A stretch of DNA of 64,000 nucleotides from Candidatus Versatilivorator sp. (GTDB lineage Bacteria; Acidobacteriota; Terriglobia; Versatilivoradales; Versatilivoraceae), in NCBI GenBank assembly GCA_965262635.1, contig OZ253547.1, positions 2,257,598-2,321,597 on the forward strand, written 5' to 3'. Below, one piece after another: positions 52,940-62,620 of the stretch. Numbering within the stretch: the first letter of the stretch is position 1; each line of letters begins with the position of its first letter. A model generated the notes under the pieces. The model was not told the DNA's origin. It ran no database searches and saw only the letters and a program-made list of their open reading frames with translations. The translations under genes and the position numbers were made by a program.

Positions 52940-53332
52940 ATGTTCAAAATTCTCTCCCTCTTCCTCCTCCTTCCCTTGATAGAGTTGGCCCTGCTGATCG
53001 AGATCGGCAGCCACATCGGCACACTGGCCACCGTGGCGCTGATCCTCGCCACCGGGGCCTTGGGTGCCTTTCTCGCACGCAGCCAGGGGCTGGAGGTTCT
53101 GCGACAGTTGCGGGTGGAAACGGCAGCTGGACGACTCCCGGCGGACCCGCTGGTTGACGGGGTGATCATCCTGCTGGCGGGCGCCGTTCTGCTGACTCCG
53201 GGAGTCCTGACCGACATCCTGGGCTTCTTGTGCCTGATTCCGGCGTTCCGGCAATTTCTGAAAGCGATGCTTTGGCGAAAGTTGAGGCATTGGGTGGAAC
53301 AGAATCGGGTTCAGGTCTCAGTCAACCTTTAG
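52940..53332 (+). CDS. fxsA: FxsA family membrane protein
   Basis: PLIELALLI, LARSQG, LLTPGVLTD. Confidence 0.88.
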   Translation: MFKILSLFLLLPLIELALLIEIGSHIGTLATVALILATGALGAFLARSQGLEVLRQLRVETAAGRLPADPLVDGVIILLAGAVLLTPGVLTDILGFLCLIPAFRQFLKAMLWRKLRHWVEQNRVQVSVNL

Positions 53333-53369
53333 CATTTTAGCGGACACTCTGCATGGGGCGCGGCAGGCC

Positions 53370-53729
53370 ATGCAATCCTCAGAGGCTTCAACCGATGTGG
53401 TCGTCGACAGCCGGACCGGCCTAGTCTGGAGCCGCCGAGACAATGGACGACGCCTCAACTGGCATGATGCCGCCGGCTGCGCGCAGAATCTGGATTTGGG
53501 CGGCTTTCACGATTGGCGCTTGCCGACTCTCGAGGAGCTCCATGGGCTGTGGGACCCGCCCCGCCGCACCATTCGAAAGCCCTTTGAATTGACCGGAGCC
53601 TGGGTGTGGAGCGGCACCCGGGCCGGGGCCGACCATGCCTGGTGTTTCTACTACGCCATCGGGATGCGGGTGCGTTATCCGCTCAATGTGTCCTATGATT
53701 TGAGGACCCTGTTTGTGAGAGACGCTTAG
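53370..53729 (+). CDS. DUF1566 (Lcl C-terminal) domain protein
   Basis: D-x-x-TGLVW, GGFHDWRLPT-x-x-EL, WSGT. Confidence 0.82.
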   Translation: MQSSEASTDVVVDSRTGLVWSRRDNGRRLNWHDAAGCAQNLDLGGFHDWRLPTLEELHGLWDPPRRTIRKPFELTGAWVWSGTRAGADHAWCFYYAIGMRVRYPLNVSYDLRTLFVRDA

Positions 53730-53977
53730 GATCCTTCGCCGCAGAAAATTTTTCAGGGACAGCCTTTCATAAAAAGGACGATATTCTGCAAGTAATAGGG
53801 CATAGGAGTCTCTTTACAGCAGATACTGAACCATTTATAGGGATCATAGGCCATCTTGAAGCCTCGATAGCCCTCTGCGGCGCAGACTCCTAGATGGGAT
53901 TCCTCACCGGGTTCCAGATTAGCCGGGAGTGCCGTGCGAACCGGCTGGGCGGGATTCGGTCGCGGAAAGGAGACAAA

Positions 53978-55618
53978 ATGCTGGGCAGCCAGGTGATCGC
54001 CCAACTCTTGAAACGGGAAGGAGTGGAGCAGGTGTTCTGCTTTCCACTGACTCCGATCCTCGACGCCTTGACCGAGGCCGGCATCCGGCTGATCGTGGCC
54101 CGTCAGGAACGGGTAGCGGGCAACATGGCGGACGGCTTCTCGCGAACCACTTGCGGGGACCGAATCGGGGTGGTGACGGTGCAGCAGGGTCCGGGAGCCG
54201 AGAACGCCTTCGCCGGCATCGCCCACGCCTATACCGATTCGAGCCCCATCCTCTTCCTTCCGGGTCATCCCGGGCGAAACCAGGTTGGCGTCCCACCCAC
54301 CTTCGGAGCACTGGAGAACTACCGGGCCACCACCAAGTGGGCCGACCGGATCCCGGCGGCGGCCGCCATCCCTGGCCGGATGGCGCGGGCTTTTACCGCC
54401 TTGCGTTCGGGGCGGCCCGGCCCGGTCCTTCTGGAGATTCCGGTGGACGTGGCCGAGGAGGAGTTTCCGGGGCCCCTGGAGTACCAGTCGGTGCCGAAAA
54501 TAGGGACCGGTGGAGACCCCGCGGCTGTCAGGGAGGCGGTTCGGTTGCTGCTGGCCGCCAAGCGGCCGCTCATCTGGGCAGGGCAGGGGGTTTTCTACGC
54601 CAAGGCTTCCAGTGAGCTGGAGCAGGTGGCGGAGCAGGTGGCAGCGCCGGTGATGACCTCGCTCCAGGGCAAGAGCGCCTTCAACGAGACGCACCCCCTG
54701 GCCCTGGGGACGACCGGATACAGCCAAACCGCCATGGTGGGCGAGCACCTGGCGGCCAGCGATGCCCTGTTTGTCATCGGGGCCAGCCTGACCCGTTCCC
54801 TGTTCGCCCCCACCATTCCCAGCGACGGAAGGGTGCTGATTCACGCCACCCTGGACTGGAAGGATCTGAACAAAGGCTATCGAGCCGACGTGCCCATCCT
54901 GGGAGACGCCAAACTGGTCCTGCGGCAGATGCTGGAGGAGATCGGCCGCCAGTCGGGGAATGGGGAAAGGGAGGCTCGGCGCCAATCGGTCCAGGCCGGC
55001 ATAGCCAACCTTCGGAAGGCCTGGCAGGCCCGCTGGGCGGGCAAGCTCCAATCCTCCCAGGTTCCCATCAATCCCTATCGAGTCATCGGGGAGCTGATGA
55101 AAGCGGTGGACCCGGCCTCAGCCATTGTCACCCACGATTCCGGCTCCCCCCGAGATCAGATCGCTCCGTTTTATGAGGCGGTCACTCCGCGCGGCTACCT
55201 GGGGTGGGGAAATTCGACCCAATTGGGATTTTCCCTGGGCGCCGCCATGGGGGCCAAGCTGGCGGCTCCGGACAAGCTGGTGGTGACCTTCATGGGAGAT
55301 GCGGCCTTTGGGATGGTCGGCATGGATCTGGAGACCGCGGTGCGGGAACACATCCCCATCCTGATTCTTCTGGTGAACAATTCTGCCATGGGCGGCTACG
55401 AGCAGTACATCCCCAAGGCTGCCATTGAGGGTCGCGTCAAATTCCTGTCCGGGAACTACAGCCAGGTGGCTCGGGGGCTGGGGGCCTACGCCGAGCGGGT
55501 CGACCGTCCGGAGGCGGTACAGGCCGCCTTGCAACGGGGAATAGCCGCAACCCGGGAGGGACAGCCGGCCCTGCTGGAGTTCATCACCTGTGAGGAAAGG
55601 GAAATTGCCAAGCGCTAG
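53978..55618 (+). CDS. Thiamine pyrophosphate-requiring enzyme (acetolactate synthase-like)
   Basis: RBS AAAGGAG; RQER...MADG, RPGPV, MGDAAFGM...NN TPP motif. Confidence 0.9.
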   Translation: MLGSQVIAQLLKREGVEQVFCFPLTPILDALTEAGIRLIVARQERVAGNMADGFSRTTCGDRIGVVTVQQGPGAENAFAGIAHAYTDSSPILFLPGHPGRNQVGVPPTFGALENYRATTKWADRIPAAAAIPGRMARAFTALRSGRPGPVLLEIPVDVAEEEFPGPLEYQSVPKIGTGGDPAAVREAVRLLLAAKRPLIWAGQGVFYAKASSELEQVAEQVAAPVMTSLQGKSAFNETHPLALGTTGYSQTAMVGEHLAASDALFVIGASLTRSLFAPTIPSDGRVLIHATLDWKDLNKGYRADVPILGDAKLVLRQMLEEIGRQSGNGEREARRQSVQAGIANLRKAWQARWAGKLQSSQVPINPYRVIGELMKAVDPASAIVTHDSGSPRDQIAPFYEAVTPRGYLGWGNSTQLGFSLGAAMGAKLAAPDKLVVTFMGDAAFGMVGMDLETAVREHIPILILLVNNSAMGGYEQYIPKAAIEGRVKFLSGNYSQVARGLGAYAERVDRPEAVQAALQRGIAATREGQPALLEFITCEEREIAKR

Positions 55619-55908
55619 CCCACCCTGCCTGACGCCCTGCCTAACCTGAAACAATTGAGGGTTATCCAAAAAGGCAAAAAGAGTTATCCACGAAGTTACA
55701 CGAAGGACCACGAAGGCGTTGAGGTTAACCGCGACGGGATGCCAAGGTCGCGACGGGATGGTCGATTTCTGATTGTCACACTCTGGTTTGATCCGTACGG
55801 TACGGCGGGGGCAGGGCTCGCGGACAAACGGGAGTTTCCCAAGGGCGCCCGTCGGCTTTCAGAGAAGTCGCCCGCCGGATACCCTCCAGCGCACCATCGA
55901 GACGACAC

Positions 55909-56346
55909 CCCCCGGGAGCGCGGGCGTCTCGCCCGCATGCTATCCCTTGGGTTGCCGCTCAGTTTCCCTGCGATGCGGCACCCGCCCCTCCTGCCAGCGG
56001 GAATCGCATGGGCCCGGCCGAAGCAGAGCCATGGCGCCGTTGCCGTTCGATCCGGGTCGAGGAGATGGGTGAGGCTATACCAAGATTTGTGCGGGCGGGA
56101 CGCCCGCGCTCCCGGGGGGCTTTCTCCCATGCCGTCGTGACACCAACGTCACAATATTGCAGAAGCATTCGGGCGCCGCTCGTCATTGAAGGAACTCCAT
56201 CCGTATTCGTGTCCATTCGTGGTTCGTCTTTTGTTAAAGATCGGCCGATTTCAAGCGAATGATACGCACCGCAGGGCTTGGGGCCGGCTTGTCTGACGCG
56301 CCTCTGTTTCACCCTGTATGATCCGCACGGCAGGGTAGGGGTGTTG
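55909..56346. repeat. REP doublet (55909-56119) fused to composite family B
   Basis: GGGAGCGCGGGCGTCTCGCCCGCA ... TGCGGGCGGGACGCCCGCGCTCCC inverted pair; remainder colinear with 17830-18060. Confidence 0.78.
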
Positions 56347-57369
56347 CTAACCTCCAGCCTCCAGAACATAGCTGACCACCGTAAACACAAGGTAAATCGC
56401 CAGAAGGACCGCTCCATGAGAGCGGCTCAGGCGCTCTCTGCCCGGGAGGAGGCCGATTCTCAAGGTCAGCAGCAGCAGCAGCATGGTCGGGAAAAGGAGG
56501 GTAAAGAAGTGGGGATCGGCGATCAGTCCTCCGCGCGTGACCGCCCCCGAAGCGCCGACCACGAACAGGACGTTGAGGATATTGGCGCCGATCACGTTGC
56601 CCACCGCCAACTCCCCGTGACTCCGCAGAGCCGCTGTGACGGCGACGACCAGCTCTGGCAGGGAAGTGCCGAAAGCCACCAGAGTTGCCGCGATCACGCT
56701 TTCCGGAACCTGCAGTCGGACGGCGGATTCGGTGACGGCCGGGAGGAGAATGCGGGCAGAGACGACCACCAGGGCAATGGCTCCCACCAACTGGGCGGCA
56801 ATCACCCTGCTCGAGTCCGTTTTGCTCTCCTCTCCCGACGCCGGGTTTCTTTCCCGGGCCCAGCGGATCGATTGCCAGACATAACCGGCAAGGGCCAGTA
56901 GAAAGGCGACGGCCACGAATCGGGTGACTCGACCGCCGCCGGTGAGGGCATCTCCGGCCGACGGCCAGGGGATACAGGCCAGAATCAGCAGAATGACCGC
57001 GGCCAACTGGATGGCGTTCTGCCTCATGACGATCTTCCGGTTGATCCTGGGCGGATCCAGGATACAGGCCAGTCCCAGAATCAGACCGGTGTTGCAGATG
57101 ATGGAGCCGACTGCGTTTCCCAAAGCCAGACCCGATTGGCCTCGGATGGCGGCCAGAACCGAGACGGCCACCTCCGGCGTGGTCGTCCCCAGGCTCACAA
57201 TGGTGCCGCCGACCACCACCTCGGGAATGTTGAAGCGTTGCGACAGGCTGACGGCTGCAGAGATCAGCCAGTCGGCCGCCTTTCCCAAAATGAGCAGGCT
57301 GCCCAGGATGACTCCTGCCAGCAAGCTCCAATGGATCTCGGACAAAAGGGATTGAAAGGCTTGTTCCAA
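56347..57369 (-). CDS. Calcium/sodium antiporter (YrbG-like)
   Basis: GTTTPE...GNAVGS and GTSLPE...GNVIGAN alpha repeats. Confidence 0.92.
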   Translation of the reverse strand: MEQAFQSLLSEIHWSLLAGVILGSLLILGKAADWLISAAVSLSQRFNIPEVVVGGTIVSLGTTTPEVAVSVLAAIRGQSGLALGNAVGSIICNTGLILGLACILDPPRINRKIVMRQNAIQLAAVILLILACIPWPSAGDALTGGGRVTRFVAVAFLLALAGYVWQSIRWARERNPASGEESKTDSSRVIAAQLVGAIALVVVSARILLPAVTESAVRLQVPESVIAATLVAFGTSLPELVVAVTAALRSHGELAVGNVIGANILNVLFVVGASGAVTRGGLIADPHFFTLLFPTMLLLLLTLRIGLLPGRERLSRSHGAVLLAIYLVFTVVSYVLEAGG

Positions 57370-57692
57370 GGGGTCGAGCGCAGGTTGCAGGGTAGCGGCC
57401 GCTTGAGCTGCGAGTGGCTGACGGTGAGGACCGCTTTGGCGTTGGAGGGTCTCGCAGGCAGGATGCTATTCGTTTCTTTCCAGGATGGCAATCAAATCCC
57501 GGCAATCGCTATCCGGGGAGCCGCCCCATTAGCCCGGGATTCAGGGGAGAAACTAGCGAGGCCGTGCCTCAGACCGACAAGCCAGGAAAAAAAGATATCC
57601 ACGAAGGGGCACGAAGGACCACGAAGGGGCACGAAGAAAGGCTAGAAAAATGAGTTTCTTCGCCACCAAGCAGCGGCGGCCGTAGCCCTTAG

Positions 57693-58246
57693 CCCGCATT
57701 TCTCACCACGGGTTGCACTCTTGAGAAGAGCGCAGGGAGTGAGGGTGGTGTTTAGCATCATTTTGGAGGGCAGTGCGTTCCGGGACGGCGCCACTGCTGC
57801 GGCAGCGGGGGGTTCACAGGACCCCGGGCTCACGCCCGGGGCTAAGTGCTGCCGCAGCTACGCTGCTCTATAAGGAAGCCTGTAGGAAACGTTTCGTCGG
57901 GGGAACGAGGCCAACTGCGGCTTTGCCGCTCTCCCCAAAATCACAGCACTGCCGGGGGAAAGGATTTTTAAATGACAATCCCCCGGGCGCCAGCATGGGG
58001 GTTCCACCAGTAAGCCGCGAATGCGGCGTCCGCATTTAGCCGTGGGCGTGAGCCCATGGAAAAGGGCAGCTCCATCCCCCGAGCCGCGTAGGCGGCGGCA
58101 GCAATCATCCCTGGTGTTCGATCGCATACAAGCCCAGGCACGCCCAGCGCAGTCTGTATCCTGAGGGCTCCCCCAAAAAGCGCTGCAAGATGCTAAAGAT
58201 AAACACTTTCCCAGCCGATGCCCAGCCCTCCGGTGAGAAATGCGGG
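57693..58246. mobile_element. MITE family A copy 8 (554 bp) carrying an internal inverted REP-like pair
   Basis: Perfect TIRs; TTAG on both flanks; internal GGGCTCACGCCCGGGGCTAA / TTAGCCGTGGGCGTGAGCCC. Confidence 0.88.
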
Positions 58247-58291
58247 TTAGTGATAAGGCGAGGGGCGTAGGCCCATTGGAACAGTATCAGC

Positions 58292-58930
58292 TCAATCAGT
58301 AGAATCCGATGGGCCTGCGGTCGATGAGTCCCCGTCGGAGCCTGGACCGGCGCTCTCGCCTTCGAGGTCCGGCTCCAGATGGACCGCATAGCTCTGGGTT
58401 ACCGGAATGCAGAAGGTGTCGGCGTCATCGCAGGCGAAGTAGCGAACGGTAAGGTGCAGAGGCCGGCTCCGGCCGGTGGCGGCGATGTCCAACAGGAACT
58501 CCCGCGGATCCTTGTCGGCGGGTTGCTCGACCTTGGGGCCGGTCCCGCGGTTGGGGGTGACCCGGACTCCCTCGGGAGTCTCCAGCCTGAATTCCAGCGG
58601 CTTGACCCGGTTGTTCCAATGGACGGCGTATATTGGGTCCAGATGAAACCCGAGATAGAGCTTGCCCTCTCCCCGGGTCAGGAAGGGTGGGTCCACGGCA
58701 GCCCGAAGCGTGGCGTAGAAGGGGACGGGTCTTTTCTGCTTGCCCGCCACGATTTTCAGCGGGACCATTGCGGAGGGCCGCCGGATCCCGGGAACAATAT
58801 CGGAGGGAATGTTTGGGTTGGGCTGGCCGAGCTTCAGCTCCCCCTGCGGCTCGGCCGCCTGAGCCCGTTCCATTGTCATGGGCGTCAAGGCAAGCAGGCC
58901 CAAGCCAAGCCATGCGGTTGCTCTCATCAC
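58292..58930 (-). CDS. Secreted protein, DsbD N-terminal-like domain
   Basis: Signal peptide (AQA); H-W-N and YFAC-x6-C-I-P resemble the DsbD-alpha disulfide loop. Confidence 0.55.
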   Translation of the reverse strand: MMRATAWLGLGLLALTPMTMERAQAAEPQGELKLGQPNPNIPSDIVPGIRRPSAMVPLKIVAGKQKRPVPFYATLRAAVDPPFLTRGEGKLYLGFHLDPIYAVHWNNRVKPLEFRLETPEGVRVTPNRGTGPKVEQPADKDPREFLLDIAATGRSRPLHLTVRYFACDDADTFCIPVTQSYAVHLEPDLEGESAGPGSDGDSSTAGPSDSTD

Positions 58931-59013
58931 CGGTCTTCCTCTTCTTGTAGTGTAGACCCTGCCGAACGGAGGCCGCTGTCAGTTTTGAAGACGCCGCCTG
59001 CGGCGGCCAGGTT

Positions 59014-60405
59014 TCACTGAAGTGAGGCCGCCCGCCCCTCCCTGAGCTCCCTGGACTTGCGGGTCCAGACCGCCAGCAGCACTATGCCGATGCCGATCAG
59101 CCCGGCCGACAGTCCGACCCACAGGCCTTGAACCCCCCAATTGAAATGAAAACAGAGAAAATAGCCCAGCACCATCCCGACCGGCCAATGTCCGATCAGG
59201 TTGACCACCATGGGCGTCCTGGTATCGGCGGCGCCTCTCAGGTTGCCGGTGGCCACCACCTGAACACCGTCGAAAAACATGAAAGCCGCGGCGATCAGCA
59301 GCAGGGGCGTCCCGATGCCGATCACCCGCGGGTCTCCGGTAAACAAGCGCATGATCCCCTGAGGCAGCAGGACAAAAAGCAGGCCCGACACCAGCATGAA
59401 TCCGCTTCCCAGCAGCAGGGCCATCCACCCGGAGTCCGCCGCCCGCTGGGGCTCTCCTCGGCCGATTTCCCGGCCCACCCGCACCGCTCCGGCCGAGGAG
59501 ATGCCCAGCGGAACCATGAACACGAAGCCGGCCGCGTTCAGGGCGATCTGGTGGGCGGCCACCGCCGCCGGTTCCAACCTACCCGCCAGCGAGGTCACGG
59601 CGGCGAAGACGCCCACCTCCAGGGTGGTCTGCAGGGATGCCGGAAGGCCCAGGTTCACCATCCGGCGCATTCTGTCCAGGTCAGGCTTGAAAGAGATCCT
59701 CAGCAGGGGTGTCCGCTGGCGGCGGTGGTATCGGAAGATGAGCATCCCCAGGCCGAGAGCCATGTACAGGCGCGAGATGCAGGTCGCCCAGCCCGCGCCC
59801 TCGACTCCCATGGCGGGGAACCCCAGTTTGCCGAATATGAAGACCCAGTTGGCGCAGACATTCACCAGGTTGGCGGTGACCAGCACGACCATGATCCCCT
59901 TGACTCGCCCGATTCCTTGCAGATAGCGGCGAAAGGTGTTGTAGAGCATCAGCGGGAATATGCTCCAACTCACCGCTTTCAGGTAAGGCGGCGTGAGCGC
60001 CAGCACCTCCGGGTGAAAGCCCCAGAACTGCAGGTAGGGCAAGCTGCCCCAGAGGATGAACATCATAAAGGGGCTGAGCAGAAGGCTGAGATGAATGCCG
60101 TGCACCAGCCATCCCTGGCAGTCCTCCCATTGATTGGCTCCGTGGGCTTGCGACACCAGGGTGTCCAACCCCAAGGACAAGCCCATCCCCAGGATGGTTG
60201 CCGCCAGGAATACCGCCGTTCCGATGCTCACGGCCCCGATGGCTTCGGCACTCAGGCGTCCCACCATCATGGTATCCACCAGGCTCATGGTCATCCAGCC
60301 CAGCTCGGTCATGACCACCGGGACCGACAGGGATACCATCGGTTTCAGTTCTCGAAGCAATCTCGCCGGGGAGTCCTTTGGGACAGGAGTCGGAATGTGG
60401 GGCAT
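59014..60405 (-). CDS. MATE family efflux transporter (NorM-like)
   Basis: VDTMMVGRL, AAHQIA, DGVQVV...LRGAADT; about 12 TMs. Confidence 0.93.
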   Translation of the reverse strand: MPHIPTPVPKDSPARLLRELKPMVSLSVPVVMTELGWMTMSLVDTMMVGRLSAEAIGAVSIGTAVFLAATILGMGLSLGLDTLVSQAHGANQWEDCQGWLVHGIHLSLLLSPFMMFILWGSLPYLQFWGFHPEVLALTPPYLKAVSWSIFPLMLYNTFRRYLQGIGRVKGIMVVLVTANLVNVCANWVFIFGKLGFPAMGVEGAGWATCISRLYMALGLGMLIFRYHRRQRTPLLRISFKPDLDRMRRMVNLGLPASLQTTLEVGVFAAVTSLAGRLEPAAVAAHQIALNAAGFVFMVPLGISSAGAVRVGREIGRGEPQRAADSGWMALLLGSGFMLVSGLLFVLLPQGIMRLFTGDPRVIGIGTPLLLIAAAFMFFDGVQVVATGNLRGAADTRTPMVVNLIGHWPVGMVLGYFLCFHFNWGVQGLWVGLSAGLIGIGIVLLAVWTRKSRELREGRAASLQ

Positions 60406-60585
60406 TCTTTTTGTTTTGTGGTTTGGGAAGTTACTCCGTAAACTCTCGGCACGATTCAGGCCGGTGCTGCAGTCGGGCCGGCGAGCTTCAGGAAGCGGGA
60501 GCCGGACGGCTGGATAATCCCCCGTCGGGAGCGAGCCGGCGGCGGAAGCCGGTTCACTCAACGGGCAAAGGAGGTCCCCTTGGTC

Positions 60586-61689
60586 ATGCAACAGGAATCC
60601 AATGTAGCAAAAAACAGGCCCATGGAGCGCCGGGAATTTTTGCGGGCGGCAGGAAAGATCGCCGCCGTCACCGCCATGACCTCCGAGGCCTTCGGCCGCA
60701 ATTTCGGCCCTGAGGCGGAGCCGGTGCGCTATCCGGAGCCGGACGTGATTGCCCTCGACAAGCGCTTCAAGTACAAGCTGGGCAACTCACCCATCCTGCG
60801 CCTGCACCGCGGGACCCTGTGGGCTGAAGGACCGGCCTGGAGCGGCGTCGGCCGCTACCTGTTGTGGAGCGATATCCCCAACAACGAGCAGCTTCGCTGG
60901 CTGGAGGAAGACGGCCACGTGGCACGGCGATTTCGCTTTCCCTCCGGGAACTCCAACGGGAACACCTTTGACTTTCAGGGCCGGCAGATCGCTTGTGAGC
61001 ACGGCAACCGCAGGGTGGTGCGCTACGAGTTCAACGGCGGAGTCACGGTGCTGGCGGACTCCCACGGGGGCAAGCCGCTCAATGCTCCCAACGACGCCGT
61101 GGTCCATCCCGATGACGGTGCCGTCTGGTTTACCGATCCCGGCTACGGCAGCCTGATGAACTACGAGGGGCACCGGGCCGACACGGGATCGCTCCAGCCC
61201 TTTCAGAAGGAAGCCATCTATCGGATCGACCTCCGGCAGGGTACCATTGAAAAAGTGGCGGACGACATCTACAAGCCCAACGGGCTCTGTTTTTCTCCCG
61301 ACTACAAGAAACTCTACGTGGCCGACACCGGCGCCTCACACTATCCGGAAGCACCCAGAAACATCAAAGTCTGGGACCTGGTGGACCAGAGGCACCTGCG
61401 AAACGGGAGAGAGTTCGCTTCGATGGAGCTCGAGGGCAAGACCGGTTTCACCGACGGGATCCGGGCCGATACCGACGGCAATGTCTGGGCCAGCGCCGGT
61501 TGGGTGGGGGACGGTTACGACGGGGTACACATCTTTGCCCCCAACGGCGACCGCATCGGTTTGATCAGGCTTCCGGAGATCTGCTCCAACGTCTGCTTTG
61601 GGGGAACCAAGCGCAACCGGCTGTTCATGACCGGGAGTCAGTCCCTGTACGCGGTCTACGTGGAGACCCAGGGAGCCCACCTGACCTGA
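60586..61689 (+). CDS. SMP-30/gluconolactonase family protein, Tat-exported
   Basis: RREFL twin-arginine motif, WAEGPAW, LNAPND, PNGLCFSPD, DGIRAD. Confidence 0.92.
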   Translation: MQQESNVAKNRPMERREFLRAAGKIAAVTAMTSEAFGRNFGPEAEPVRYPEPDVIALDKRFKYKLGNSPILRLHRGTLWAEGPAWSGVGRYLLWSDIPNNEQLRWLEEDGHVARRFRFPSGNSNGNTFDFQGRQIACEHGNRRVVRYEFNGGVTVLADSHGGKPLNAPNDAVVHPDDGAVWFTDPGYGSLMNYEGHRADTGSLQPFQKEAIYRIDLRQGTIEKVADDIYKPNGLCFSPDYKKLYVADTGASHYPEAPRNIKVWDLVDQRHLRNGREFASMELEGKTGFTDGIRADTDGNVWASAGWVGDGYDGVHIFAPNGDRIGLIRLPEICSNVCFGGTKRNRLFMTGSQSLYAVYVETQGAHLT

Positions 61690-61754
61690 AGATGATGGCC
61701 TTTCCCACGAGTGCGGCGTTCGCGGCCCTCATGCCAGGGCCGACCGCGGCCGCA

Positions 61755-62237
61755 TCAGCTTGCGTCAGCGCCCGCGGTCTTGTTTCCGCGGCCCTTGATG
61801 AGGAGCAGGATGGAGCCCAGGGCCAGGCCGATGACCATGGCCATCACGATCCAGACCACCGCGTTGCGCCCCGGAATCACCAGGTAGCCTTGAAGGGGGC
61901 CGATACCTTCGCCCACGTTGCCTCCCTGGGTGACGAGGAAGCGGGGGGACTGCCACTGCCACAGGTAGGCCAGCCAGTAGGTCACCATGACCATCAACCG
62001 GGTGCAGACGGTATAGAGGAAAAGCTCCTTGAAGAGTGCTCTGTAGGGCCGGTCGCTCCGAGAAGCCTGGATCCGGTGAGCGAGGTAGAAGGGCACCAGA
62101 AAGTGCAGCCAGGCGACCCCCAAAAGGTTGTTGATCGAATCGGGTGCACCCAGTTGTTCCAGGATGATTCGCAGCACGACCAGGGTTGCGGCGACGATCA
62201 GCGGCCATTTCAGTCTGTCTCCGGTATCCGGTGCCAT
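61755..62237 (-). CDS. Hypothetical membrane protein (about 4 TMs)
   Basis: RBS AAGGAG before ATG 62237; hydrophobic segments. Confidence 0.7.
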   Translation of the reverse strand: MAPDTGDRLKWPLIVAATLVVLRIILEQLGAPDSINNLLGVAWLHFLVPFYLAHRIQASRSDRPYRALFKELFLYTVCTRLMVMVTYWLAYLWQWQSPRFLVTQGGNVGEGIGPLQGYLVIPGRNAVVWIVMAMVIGLALGSILLLIKGRGNKTAGADAS

Positions 62238-62380
62238 GGGTTGTCTCCTTGGGGAATCGGTCGACGTCGGTGGCTTGTAGCATATCATGGGCTGGGACTC
62301 GGAGTGATTCCTCCCGGCCGGGGTTGCGAGTCGAAACGGGGCGTGCGGGCTCGGGAAGGAGACGAGTGATACATGGTGAA

Positions 62381-62620
62381 CCCGCATTTCTCACCGGGGG
62401 GTGCGATCATGGCGCCGGATTTTTCCTTCAGCGCGTGCTCGCGACCGAAGAGCGTAGCGGGCACTACGTGCGAGGGAGCATGTGCGCGCTGAAGGAAAAA
62501 AGACAAGCCAGGGCGCGCCCAGCGCCGTTTGTACCTGCATGCCCTCAAAACAGGGCCAATAAAGTACTGAAGATAAATGTTGTTCCATAATGTATCCAGC
62601 GACCCGGTGAGAAATGCGGG
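62381..62620. mobile_element. MITE family A copy 9 (240 bp)
   Basis: Perfect TIRs; flanks TGAA and TTAA. Confidence 0.9.
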
